From Octopus vulgaris (lineage: Eukaryota), in assembly GCA_951406725.2 (NCBI GenBank), contig OX597834.1, forward strand, positions 28,272,001-28,336,000: a stretch of DNA of 64,000 bases, in the 5' to 3' direction. The notes below the pieces were generated by a model. The model was not told the DNA's origin, did no database searches, and was given only the letters and a program-made list of their open reading frames with translations. Below are positions 11,550 to 24,190 of the stretch, in pieces; within the stretch, counting starts at the first letter, position 1, and each line of letters opens with the position of its first letter. A program made the position numbers and the translations under genes.

Positions 11550-12865
11550 CACCGCGCAATGGGAGAAGATGAGATTTTTAGGCGGCAGAAAGAAAGACAG
11601 GATTTGAGATGGAATGCTTTGCGATCGTGTGCATAAGTTTCTATGAGTGGAAGTTGGGAAAAGATGGGTTAGAGAATTTAGCGACAGAAAGAAAGACCAA
11701 ATTTGAGACGAGATGTTTTTGCGAAGTTTTTGTGAATGAAAGTTTATATGCTTCAGCTAGCATTTGAGACGAAAGACAACGATAACGCCAATATATGGGG
11801 AAACAATAATAATAAGAAGGCTTGATGGTGATGATGATACTTGCAAAAACAATGAAAAGAAGGAACAGGACTTAGCTGATATTTTTCATCCTGCGTATTG
11901 GCTAAGTCCTGTGGAAGCGAGTGAAGGCGAGATATATATACAGAGAGAGAGAGAGACAGTGATAACAGAGGGAGAAACCGACACCACATAGCGAGAGAGA
12001 GAGAGCGAGAGAGAGAGAGAGAGAGAGACATAGTGATAACAGAGGGACAAAACGACACCGCGCAATGGTAGAGGATGAGATTTTTAGGCGGCAGAAAGAA
12101 AGACAGGATTTGAGATGGAATGCTTTGCGATCGTGTGCATAAGTTTCTATGAGTGGAAGTTGGGAAAAGATGGGTTAGAGAATTTAGCGACAGAAAGAAA
12201 GACCAAATTTGAGACGAGATGTTTTTGCGAAGTTTTTGTGAATGAAAGTTTATATGCTTCAGCTAGCATTTGAGACGAAAGACAACGATAACGCCAATAT
12301 ATGGGGAAACAATAATAATAAGAAGGCTTGATGGTGATGATGATACTTGCAAAAACAATGAAAAGAAGGAACAGGACTTAGCTGATATTTTTCATCCTGC
12401 GTATTGGCTAAGCCTGTGGAAGCGAGTGAAGGCGAGATATATATACAGAGAGAGAGAGAGACAGTGATAACAGAGGGAGAAACCGACACCACATAGCGAG
12501 AGAGAGAGAGCGAGAGAGAGAGAGAGAGAGAGACATAGTGATAACAGAGGGACAAAACGACACCGCGCAATGGTAGAGGATGAGATTTTTAGGCGGCAGA
12601 AAGAAAGACAGGATTTGAGATGGAATGCTTTGCGATCGTGTGCATAAGTTTCTATGAGTGGAAGTTGGGAAAAGATGGGTTAGAGAATTTAGCGACAGAA
12701 AGAAAGACCAAATTTGAGACAAGATGTTTTTGCGAAGTTTTTGTGAATGAAAGTTTATATGCTTCAGCTAGCATTTGAGACGAAAGACAACGATAACGCC
12801 AATATATGGGGAAACAATAATAATAAGAAGGCTTGATGGTGATGATGATACTTGCAAAAACAATG
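11550..12865. repeat. Tandem array of ~2.6 near-identical 505/506-bp units
   Basis: caccgcgcaatgg starts at 11550, 12056 and 12561. Units differ at very few positions; the third stops at cttgcaaaaacaatga. Confidence 0.95.
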
Positions 12866-12961
12866 ATATATACACACAATATAAACGTACATATGTACAA
12901 GCATATATATATGTACAAATATATATATAATATATATATACACACACACATATATACACAC

Positions 12962-13003
<42 letters not shown>

Positions 13004-13066
13004 GTATATATATATATACACAATATACACATACATATGTACAAGCATATATATATATGTGTACAA

Positions 13067-13098
<32 letters not shown>

Positions 13099-13621
13099 GT
13101 ATACATATATATATATACATACATTACACACACATATATACATACATTACACACACACACACATATATATATATATAAACATACATACATATACACATAT
13201 AGAGTCAGATATACAAGTGTTTAGTATATCTGTATGTATATGTCTACATGTGTATATATAACATGTATGTTTATCCCATATAGATAACCATCATGACACA
13301 CATTAAGAGCAGCACAAGCAGCATCCACATCACACTGCTTCATCATTATCATCAAATAATAGGTTAACATACTTCGTTATTTTACTGCTCTTACAAGGAT
13401 TCCATCATCATCATCATCATCATCGTACTTTTCAGTGACAATAATTTAAAAATTATTTTTTTTGTTTTGTTTTCGGTTGTTTTTCTTTTGTTTTGTCTTT
13501 TTTTTTTTCTCTCTTCTCCATTTTGTGAATCCACTTTACATGGCTTCTTGCAGCCTGATCATTATCACCATCATCATCATCATCATCATCATCATCATGG
13601 TATAATAATAATAATAATGAT

Positions 13622-14260
13622 ACTCTTACTCTCTCTCTTTTACTTGTTTCAGTCATTTTGACTGCGGCCATGCTGGAGCACCGCCTTTAGTCGAGCAAAT
13701 CATCAACCCCCGGGACTTATTCTTTTGTAAGCCCAGTACTTATTCTATCGGTCTCTTTTGCCGAACCGCTAAGTGACGGAGACGTAAACACACCAGCATC
13801 GGTTGTCAAGCAATGCTAGGGGGACAAACACAGACACACACATATATATATATACATATATACGACGGGCTTCATTCAGTTTCCGTCTACCAATTCCACT
13901 CACAAGGCATTGGTCGGCCCGGGGCTATAGCAGAAGACACTTGCCCAAGATGCCACGCAGTGGGACTGAACCCAGAACCATGTGGTTGGTAGGCAAGCTA
14001 CTTACCACACAGCCACTAATAATGACGATACTCTTACTCTCTCTCTTTTACCCTTTTACTTGTTTCAGTCATTGTGTCTGCAGCCATGCTGGAGCACCGC
14101 CTTTAGTCGAGCAAATCGACCCCAGGACTTATTCTTTTTGTAAGCCCAGTACTTATTCTATCGGTCTCTTTTGCCGAACCGCTAAGTAACGGAGACGTAA
14201 ACACACCAGCATCGGTTGTCAAGCAATGCTAGGGGGACAAAGACAGACACACAAACACAT

Positions 14261-14305
<45 letters not shown>

Positions 14306-14358
14306 TACGACAGGCTTCTTTCAGTTTCCGTCTACCAAATCCACTCACAAGGCATTGG
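13622..14358 (-). mobile_element. Two tandem SINE B copies (13622-14015 near full; 14030-14358 lacking head)
   Basis: Both begin tactcttactctctct...ttttacttgtttcagtcat on the + strand. Confidence 0.9.
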
Positions 14359-15253
14359 AGATCAAAGTCTGCAGAAGGCGAGGAAGAGGCTGACTGACTT
14401 CCAAGTTAATAATATCAATGCCATGGACATCAAACAGTGCCAGTAACTAGATACAAGCACAAACTGTTCACAAGTGGTCGACTTCTTCGATAGTTGTCCA
14501 AGAGTTCCTCTAGTGATTCTGAATATTTGTGTTTACAAACCCTTTCCCTCGATACCCATAGCAAGAACCAAGCCCTCATTAGCAAATTGGTGCAATTGTC
14601 ATGCAACAATGGTGTTAGTTTACTGCCTCTTGACAGCGATCCCAACACATTTATTGACCAATCAACATTGAGGAAATTCAATACTTCATTTATCAACTGG
14701 GGGGGTGGGGACTGAAAATGTGAGGGGTAGGGCAAACAAAGAAATAACCAAAGCAATAAAGAAAGAGAGAGAGAAAGAGAGAGAGTCTTGCAACTAACTA
14801 AAATAACTTGTAGTACTTAGCAGTTTTACAGTGTTTCTTCGACATTCTGAGTTCAAATCCCTCAGGAGTCGGACTTTATCTTTTATCTCTCTGAGATCAA
14901 TAAAACACAAACACTCTGTGAGATATGGGTATGGGTAGTGTGGGATGGAGGGTAAACAGAAATGGGGGGGGAGTAGAGTACTTCTATTCAATTGAACGTA
15001 TTACTTAGTCATATAAATTTGTGGCCTTGTGCCAACTTAAGATATCAATAACAACAGTTTGTGATATTACACCTAGCATGTACGTGTATGTGAATGGATG
15101 TGTGCGTGAGAGAGAGAGAGAGATAAATCAACTGCTTGGCTAGCCATGTTCAAGACTATAGCTGATTGATTGTTCCATGGTGGCTTCCAGGTTTGGAATA
15201 AATGGAAGCTGTCACATTTATGCTTCACCCAAAAGTATAAACCCACACATTGT

Positions 15254-15451
15254 CAACACTTTTGTTACCATATTTCTCTTGAAGTTCATAGTCTTTGTTT
15301 CAATTAAAGACGTAAAAATAATGAAGAATTCATAAATAATTCTGTCATTAATTTGATGTTTGGAACATTAATTAACATGAAATTTTGAAGGTTTAATTTA
15401 GATCACTTTAACCCTTCTGTTACCATATTTCTGTTGAAATACACTGCCTTT
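15254..15451. mobile_element. TTAA-type MITE fragments (same family as 24191-24409)
   Basis: ttaacccttctgttaccatatttctgttgaaat is the reverse complement of the right end of the 24.2-kb copy and occurs twice. Confidence 0.6.
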
Positions 15452-15459
15452 GCACATTA

Positions 15460-15772
15460 TTTACTTATGCGCCCTTTTCAAGCCTAGCCAGGCTCATGGG
15501 CCCAGTTTCCCAGTTTCTATGGCGTATGTGTTCCCCACCAACTGGACAGGATGCCAGTCCATCGCGGCGTTACTCAAAAAAGAGGAAGAAAGAGTGAGAG
15601 ATAGTTGGGGGCGAAAGAGTACAACAGGGGTCACCACCACCCCCTGCCGGAGCCTTGTGGAGCTATAGGTGTTTTCGATCAATAAACACACACAACGCCC
15701 GGTCTGGGAATCGAAACCGCAAACCTCTGACTGTGAGTCCACTGCCCTCACCACTGGGCCATTGCGCCTCCA
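15460..15772 (-). mobile_element. SINE A head and core with alternative tail (A2)
   Basis: Same first ~175 nt as family A, then gcgatggactggcatcctgtccag...gaaaagggcgcataag instead of the A tail. Confidence 0.8.
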
Positions 15773-15946
15773 CTACCTTTTGCGATGGTGGGGCGGGGGG
15801 GGGGAAACACAGACCCCGAAGACATTGGAACTGCACACATACTGCATAAAGTACAATCTGTCAGAGGGCCTTGTTGTGACTTGACAGACAGTACAAACCC
15901 CTGTAGACACAATATCTTCAATCTACAACATCACAATATCATATAG

Positions 15947-16181
15947 TTATTTCTTTATTACCCACAAGGGGCTAAACACAGAGGGGACAAACAAGGACAG
16001 ACATAGGTATTAAGTCGATTAGATTGACCCCAGTGCGTAACTGGTGCTTAATTTATCGACCCCGAAAGGATGAAAGGCAAAGTCGACCTCGGCGGAATTT
16101 GAACTCAGAACGTAACGACAGACGAAATATGGCTAAGCATTTCGCCCGGCGTGCTAACGTCTCTGCCAGCTCGCCGCCTTC
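15947..16181 (-). mobile_element. SINE C1, full length with 13-bp TSD
   Basis: TSD acaatatcatata at 15933-15945 and 16185-16197. Confidence 0.92.
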
Positions 16182-17129
16182 CAAACAATATCATATAATG
16201 TGCAGCATCTTCCATAATAATAATAATAACAACAAAACAAAATGCAATGAAGTCACAGGAACTGTCAACATTTGTACCAGTGATATTATGTGTGACTATT
16301 GCCTTGTTTCTGAACTTTGACCTACAACACAATGACTTGTAGTAAACAGCAGGAGCAGCAGTCAACCAATCACCACCACCGACACCACCATCAACATCCT
16401 CCCCAACACCATCACTATCATTACCAATGCCACAATCATCATGACCACCACCACCACCATCATCTTCATAATAACTGTCATCATCATCATCATCATCACC
16501 ACCATTTTCAACACAACCACCATTATCATCATTGTTTTAACCACAATCATCATCATCATCATCATTACCATTTTGTAACACCACCACCACTCACTACTAC
16601 CATCATCAACCCACCCCCATCATCATCATCACCATCACTATTATAACCACAGATGCCTCTCCCACTGCTGCTGCTACTGCCATCATCATCGTTACCATAT
16701 TCCCACCTGACCATCAGCAGAACAACAATTATTTTCGCCCATCACCTTCAACAACAACACCACAACCGTTAACACCACTTCCATTATCAATGTCCTCACC
16801 ACACTACCTCCATTATCAACACCACCACCCACCACCACCATGACCACCACCACCACCATAACAATTTAGGATGTTGGTTGTCGACTCCACCCAAGACAAT
16901 CTTTGAAATAAAAACTAAAAAAAACTCAAAACAAAAAACCCCCAAAACTTGACGTCAACACTAAGTGGCCACCATTAAACTTCATTTTTTGAAAAAAGAA
17001 AAAAATTTACAAGTTTTTATTTAATGCAATTTATTTTTAGATTTTTGCTTTTGTTTTCTGTTCATTTTCTTTTTTTAAGTTCATCCACAAATTGGTTTTG
17101 AAAATTAGACATCATTAATGCTTCAATGA

Positions 17130-17185
<56 letters not shown>

Positions 17186-17346
17186 GGGTGGTGAGCTGGT
17201 AGAATTGTAAGGATGGACAAAATCCTTAGCAGCATTTTGTCCGTCCTTACATTCTAAGTTTAGATTTTGACTTCAACTTTCATCCCTTCAGGGGCAATGA
17301 AATAAGTACCAGGTATGCACTGAGGTTGATGTAATTGACTAGCCCC
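17186..17346 (+). mobile_element. SINE C, old and diverged, after (TTA)n
   Basis: ggtggtgagctggtagaa...ctttcatcccttcagggg...aataagtacc. Confidence 0.65.
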
Positions 17347-17479
17347 CTATATATACATACTTAATTACAAGGTGACCAAAAGTGTACATATGCCGCTGTA
17401 TATATATATATATATATATATAAATAAAAAAAATGGAACAAGAACGCAACAGACGACAATAAAACATCTGGACATATAT

Positions 17480-18142
17480 CATCATCATCATCATCGTCTA
17501 ACGTCCGTTTTCCGTGCTAGCACGGGTTATATATATATATCTTCATCATCATCATCATCGTTTAACGTCCGTTCTCCATGCTAGCATGGGTTGGACAGTT
17601 CAACCGGGGATCTGGGAAGCCAGAAGGCTGCACCAGGCTCCAGTCTTTTCTGGCAGTGTTTCTACAGCTTGATGCCCTTCCTAACGCCATGCACTCCGTG
17701 AGTGTAGTGGGTGCTTTTTACGTGCCACCCGCACAGGTGCCAGGCGAGGCTGGCAACGGCCACGGTCGGATTGGTGCATTTTACATGCCACCGGCACAGA
17801 AGCCAGTCAAGGCGTCACTGGCTTTATATATATATGTATATATATAGTGCTGATGCCATGTAAAAAACATCCAGTCCATACTGTAAGGTAGTTGGTGTTT
17901 GGAAAGGCATCCAGCTGTAAAAACCTTGCCAAATCTGACCTAGCTTGTGCTTGTGCCACATAAAAAAAAGCACTCAGTTCGCTCTGCTGGGTGGTTGGTG
18001 TTGGGAAAGGCATCCAGCTGTAAAACCCTGCCAAAACAGACAGAGGTTTGGTGCAGTCTTCTGCCAGGCTATCTTCTATCAAACCATCCAACCCATGCCA
18101 GCATGGAAAGGCAGACGTTAAACGACGATGATGATAGTGATG
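17480..18142. mobile_element. Family D cluster: stub 17480-17528 (-), 17544-17822 (-), 17848-18142 (+)
   Basis: Three D pieces separated by (TA)n; the two long ones are in opposite orientation. Confidence 0.85.
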
Positions 18143-18175
<33 letters not shown>

Positions 18176-18805
18176 AAAAGAGAGAGAGATGGGGGAATAA
18201 GACACATACATACAAGCTAATAATACACAGACGTAGAGTTATTATAAAGTCCTTGTGCAATTTCTAAAATCTTTATAAATTAGTTCTATATATGGTAGAA
18301 TTAATTCTCTTGAAATGTTAAATGAAAGAATTTATTGCATTTTTACAGAGATTTATTCTCAAGATTGTCAAGTTTTCAACACAACCACCCCTACACTTTT
18401 CACCCTCACCAACACCTTCTATCACACACATACCATCCGTCCTCCCCGCCCCTACAGGCCCGCCTCCGCAAACCGATCTTCAGTTATGCTCTGAATCTCA
18501 TTAATTATCCTAGCCCGCAAGACACTCACTTCTATGTAACGAGGTTTTGTTAAACAAACGCTAGTCTTCTTACATACGCCCATAAAAATAGAGTTGAAGT
18601 AATTATCAATTTGGTAGTTTGTTTGCTTGTTTAAATTGATAAACAATTAATAAACAAAAAAAAAATTTTTTTTTCATTAACGATGTTAACACAGATATGC
18701 CAGGCTTTTAAAATGTTGTTCACAAATTAATTCTGTCAGGTGTAGCACTGGTTATAAATAATTTAAAATTGCACAAATGACTATATAACGACCAACACCA
18801 TTGCC

Positions 18806-19000
18806 ATCATCATCATCATCTTCATAATTATCACTGGTTTAACATCCAATTTTCCAAGCTTGCATGGGTCAGATGGAATTTATTGAAGCAGATTTTTTTT
18901 TACAGCTGGATGGATGCCTTTACTGCTGTCAACCCTCACCTGTTTCCAAGCAAGGTAATAATTCCTATTGAGCAGGCATGTTTTCACAACAGAATGGAAA
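18806..19000 (-). mobile_element. D-related older retroposon 3' end
   Basis: (CAT)n ... tttaacatccaattttccaagcttgcatgggtc ... tacagctggatg; distant from family D. Confidence 0.55.
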
Positions 19001-19256
19001 TGCATAATATGAATGCTCATAGCCAAAATTGACAGAGAACCATCCATCCATACACATATATAAATATATATGTACACAGAAACACACACATATGTGTATA
19101 TTTATGTTTGTATACCTCTGTGTGTGTGTATGTACAGTTTTAGTTTTTAGATAAACACCTAGATAATATATGTATATCTATCTATACATATATATTTTAC
19201 GATTTCACTAAGGCATAATGATATTAATAACCTGTTGTTAGATATATATATATCTA

Positions 19257-19541
19257 GGAGGCGCAACGGCCTAGTGGTTAGGGCAGCGGACTCGCGGTCG
19301 CAGGATCGCGGTTTCGATTCCCAGACCGGGTGTTGTGAGTGTTTATTGAGCGAAAACACCTAAAAGCTCCACGAGGCTCCGGCAGGGGGTGGTGATCCCT
19401 GCTGTACTCTTTCACCACTCTTTCTTCTGTTGGCCTGCTCGCTTAGCCAGCGGGGTGGCGTCATTCGAAGGCTAAGACAGTGCAAACGCATTGTGACCAG
19501 CGATGTGTAACAACATCTGATGGTCCGGTCGGTCACGTGAT

Positions 19542-19548
<7 letters not shown>
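19257..19548 (+). mobile_element. SINE A head and core with a third tail (A3), inside (TA)n
   Basis: ggaggcgcaacggcctagtggttagggcagcgg head; tail ...gtgaccagcgatgtgtaacaacatctgatggtccggtcggtcacgtgatcacgtga. Confidence 0.85.
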
Positions 19549-19575
<27 letters not shown>

Positions 19576-20064
19576 CCTCTCTCACTTTTTCCTCTTCCTA
19601 TCTCTCCCTACCCACTCTCACTCTCTGGTGTTAGTCTAACACTTTCCTCTCAATCTTTCAGCTATTATCCTTTATCTATGTAAGTCTTATCGGTTTTTGT
19701 CATCCGACTTTTTGTCTTGTTTTTTTGTATTTTTGTTTTGTTTTCACCTTTTGAGCTTTATCAATCCAAATTTTAATCTACCAAAGTACCAAAGTACCAA
19801 AACTGAACTCTCTAATACCGCTTTCTACTATTCTTTCGATCAATAAAATCCGTTTCAAGCGATACCGAGACAAGACAAGTCAAACACCAGCAAAGTAAAA
19901 CTACCTGGGTGGACTTTTCAGATGATATCTAGGGTAGATGAGTAAGAAACTGAAATGAACGACCAACCGAGAGGATAAAAGAGCCTTTGGCATTTTTAAC
20001 CAGCCAGATGAGGTTCAAATATTCTGCTTTGTGTTCAAACCGGACATATCCAGCCTTTCACACC

Positions 20065-20336
20065 TTCTTCTTCTTCTTCTTCTTACAGCATTCACCCGGG
20101 GTGGGTTGAGCTGGCTTCATTCATCCTCAATGCTGCATCTCTCACAAACGCCGACCAGGCCTGGCGATTTGAGGCTAACGACCGCGTGATCTCCAACCAC
20201 TCCTTATTCCAGCGGTGAACGCCGTAGATATGGGGGCCTAGGTTGGGTTCCAGATCAGTCTTGACTGTCATCAGCCAGGTTTTTCGTTGTCCACCACATC
20301 GCTTTCGCCAACCCTGAAGGGGAGCTGGGGCAATTG
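20065..20336 (-). mobile_element. RTE-clade LINE 3' end, (AAG)n tail, 11-bp TSD
   Basis: Minus translation IAPAPLQGWRKRCGGQRKTWLMTVKTDLEP...WLEITRSLASNRQAWSAFVRDAA...* fits the RTE C-terminal G-x-R-x-x-G-G-Q-x-K-T-W / A-x-D/NR-x-x-W pattern. TSD ctttcacacct at 20055-20065 and 20351-20361. Confidence 0.85.
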
Positions 20337-20374
20337 CTCATGTATATTGGCTTTCACACCTACCCTACAATGTC

Positions 20375-20620
20375 CATCCATCCATCTTGTCTGCCTGCTA
20401 CTCTTGGGAGGGTCATATGGGAAGGTACCTCCTCAAGAGGGTACTATCAGAAGCATCTGTCATTAGACTTTCTGGCTGTATTCCCAAGCATGACCAATTG
20501 TGACAGTGGATATTATCCAATCATCTCACTCTTGGTTCTCTACCCCTTAGTCTCCTGCTGGTTGACTTGGCCTGTGACATTCTAATCATACGTCCATAGT
20601 ACCAGAGCCGTTACCTCTTA
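20375..20620 (-). mobile_element. Second RTE-clade (Expander/Rex3-like) LINE 3' end, (ATGG)n tail
   Basis: Minus translation RLWYYGRMIRM..SRRLRGREPRVR*LDNI...WSCLGIQPESL; tail gatggatggatg; aatgtc on both sides. Confidence 0.7.
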
Positions 20621-21354
20621 ATGTCATTCTGAATACAAACAATCATATCATTGAAATCTTGAAAGCTGCTACGAAAAAAAATAATGCATAATTAATTCAA
20701 AACAACATGAATAAATAAGCATTACATTTGACAAAGCGATCTAAATGCTAAAGAGTTTTAATGGACTTTGGAGTGCAACTGAAGTGAATGTTTGCAAAAG
20801 CCCAATGGATGGACATGAAACAGACCACGGTCAATTGGAATACCACTGATAGATATTCTCGTATATTATGCAATTTAGTTGTATAAAAAACTTATGGATT
20901 ATGGAGTGGTGAAAGCAGTACTCAGTTGGACAGAGAGGAGATAATAGGGGCAAGTTTACTAAGGACTTGGCTAGCAGCTGTACTGAAGATCTCCAAGATG
21001 ACCACAAGACAAAAAGCTAAACCAAATTCAGTCAAGTAGAATAAGCATTGAGGAGATTTTGCAGAACAACAACAATGGTAACAACATTATTGTTTTTATA
21101 TGTTTTTTTTTTTTTTCCTCTATGGCATGGTCTGGATGTTGTGTTTACAACTGCAAGATTGCAGGTTTGATTCACAGACTGGGTGGTTCACAGCAATAAA
21201 GGAAAAGGTCATAAGCACTACTGTTCCTTCTCTGATAAATCAACAAAATTATTTTTTCAAAAAAAAAAAACCACTTCTCTGACAAAGGATAAGAACTGCA
21301 AACATCTGAACTCATGCCGAAGTCACCAATAAACTTTGCACCAATGGATCAAAT

Positions 21355-21540
21355 ACTGATTTCAAAATCTAACACAAGGCCAGCAATTTCGTGGAGGAGG
21401 TGGGGTTAAGTCTATTACATCAACTCCGGTACTCAACTGGTACTTATTTTATCAACCCCCCCAAAAGGATGAAAGGCAAAGTCAACCTTGGCAGAATTTG
21501 AACTCAGAATGTAAAAACAAATGAAACGCCACAAAGCCTT
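21355..21540 (-). mobile_element. SINE C2 fragment
   Basis: aaggatgaaaggcaaagtcaaccttggcagaatttgaactcagaa. Confidence 0.75.
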
Positions 21541-22181
21541 ACTGATGGACTAAATATTACCAACCTAGAACATGGATGACTTACTCAGATTCCGGACTTT
21601 TACCCAAAATAATGTCCATCTGTGTGTGTGTGTGTGAGCATACATGTGTGCACATATGTGTGTGTGTGTGTGTGTGTGTTGTAAAAGTAGCGATGTTAAT
21701 ACGGATTTAGCTAGCAGCTTTGCTGAAGATCTTTGCAGAAAATGGAATTCGAAGAGAAGAGGAAAATAAAATACTTGCTAAGTTAAGAAGTTAATTGAAT
21801 CGAGATGATATGATCTGCAAGTGTACAATCTCAACAGTGATATTCTAAAAAGGTCAAAAACTAATTTCTGCCCCATCGCCACCAATGCCACTTCCACCAA
21901 GCTATCGGCAGCGGTAACAAGCAGCACTGGCAGCAGCAGCAACATCACCACCACCACTGCCATCAGCAGCAACAAGAACAAGAACAACAATAACAAAACT
22001 GCATTCAGTTTTACTATCAGCAAAAAAAACCCACCACGGCTACCATCTCCACAATCATCTGCAGTTTCACCACTACCGCTGCCACCACTAGCATCTCCAC
22101 CATCACCACCACCACCACCACAACAGATTGGCTATCAAGAGTCAGAGAGAAAAATTAATATGTATAAAATATAGAGACAGT

Positions 22182-22227
<46 letters not shown>

Positions 22228-22863
22228 GCAAGTACCTATGTGTGAAAATGTATGAGTATATATTTGTACATGTGTGTGTGTGTATGGTGTGCTGTGGATA
22301 TGCATACATGGAAATGTGCACCAATGTATGTGTATATGTGCATGTATGTATGTATGTATGTATGTGTATGTGTGAGACTATGTGAAAATAGCTGCAAACA
22401 TTTGCATGTAGTTATAAACTGGCTGGTATTTGGCAAATTCTTTGGAAAGATTGCAACAGGGAAAGAGGGGGGGTGTACATTAGCAGACTATCCTATGAAA
22501 GTAGACAGCACAAGAGAGACATTAGATAGCTGACCTACAGAGGTAGACGGCATGGAAGACATTGGCTGTCTATCTATAATTATTATATAGGGAGGACAGC
22601 ATCAGGAATTGTAGCTGGGTGTCTTATAACAGGTGACAGACTGTGAGGAGTGGTGGATGTAGACAGGCCATGTGGATGATAGTAGCTAGGTGTCCTTGGA
22701 AGGTAGAGAGTATGGGAGACAGGTGGTAGCTAACCTATGTGAGGAGACAATAGAGGAGAAGAAAAATTATATGGATGAGAATGGATGGCTGGTTGGTTGG
22801 CCTTGGAAAGCAGGGAGTATGGGAGACAGTTGCTAGGTTACCCGTGAAAGGTAAACAGTATAA

Positions 22864-23068
22864 AAGGCAGCAAGCTGGCAGAAACGTTAGCACGCCATTA
22901 CGTTCTGAGTTCAAATTCCGCCGAGGTCGGCTTTGCCTTTCATCCTTTCAGGGTCAATAAATTAAGTACCAGTTACGCACTGGGGTCGATATAATCGACT
23001 TAATCCGTTTGTCTGTCCTTGTTTTTCCCCTCTGTGTTTAGCCCCTTGTGGGTAGTAAAGAAATAAGT
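22864..23068 (+). mobile_element. SINE C1 with an internal deletion in the head
   Basis: aaggcagcaagctggcagaaacgttagcacgcc|attacgttctgagttcaaattcc...gtaaagaaataag. Confidence 0.88.
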
Positions 23069-24190
23069 ATAAAAGAGAGTATCTAGCAAGCATTCATACA
23101 TAGAACCATATGGGAGACAGAAACAAGTCATCCTGTGAAAGAAGACAGTACAAGTGAACACTAGTTGGTTGACAAATATATGTAACAAGTACGGAAGACA
23201 CTAAAAAGTATGGAAGACAGTAAATGCAAATGTAGCTTGTCATCCTATGACCTTACTGCAGGTTGTTCTGTGCTTTCAAAGAAAGATGGATTGAAAAAAA
23301 ATCCCTTACTTAAAAGAAACAAAAAACAGGTAAGGGTTAGCAGCAGGGAGAGCATCCATCCATGAAATCCTACTTCATTTAAGTTCCTAATCCAATCAAT
23401 ACTAGCTTTAAAAAACAGATGTTAAATGAAGTGCACATGGAAAATGCATGTGTGCATATGCTTATGCAAATCATTATATATATACACACACATATATATA
23501 TATACACACACACATATATATATATATACACACATATATATATATATATACACACATATATAAATACACACATATACAAATATATATATACATACATACA
23601 CACTCACACACACAAACAGAATGTGTATGCATGTGCAAAAAATATATACATGAACACAGAAAAATATGTATACATATACAAAAAGTATATATACACTCAC
23701 AAAAATTATATATTTTCCTTACTGGGAAATAATTACAGCAACACACAACATACACACAAAAAGAAAGTATACACCAAAAGTAAATATATGTACATACTAA
23801 AAATATATACACTAACATCTTAAGAATGTGTGCACATGCGTGTGTGTGTGTGTGTCTGTATGTGTTTTACAACATACAAAAACAGAATTAATGTAGTTTT
23901 ATATAGGGGAAGTTTCAGAGAACTACCAAAAGTAGAGTTTAGGACATAAAAAAACCTTCTTTACATCCCCAAATGCCAGAACATTCTAAAATTTTATCTG
24001 ATCTTTCCATCAGCTGGAATTTTAAGAAAATGTAAGAACTAAAATTCTAAGATAAGATGAAGATTTTTTTTAGATATTTGTTTTTTTTTCTTTTGCATTT
24101 TTTTTGTTTTTAGTAAAAAAAACTTTATTTTTATTCTCTTTTCTTTTTTTGCATATTTTAAACAGAAAGTACTGCATGAAAAATATGTTA

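Larger units (their letters stand above)
19981..20761. mobile_element. TTAA-type MITE hosting two LINE fragments
   Basis: With the insertions removed it aligns with 43652-44430 (cacctaccctacaatgtcattct...aataagcattacatttgac...tgctaaag). Confidence 0.7.
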
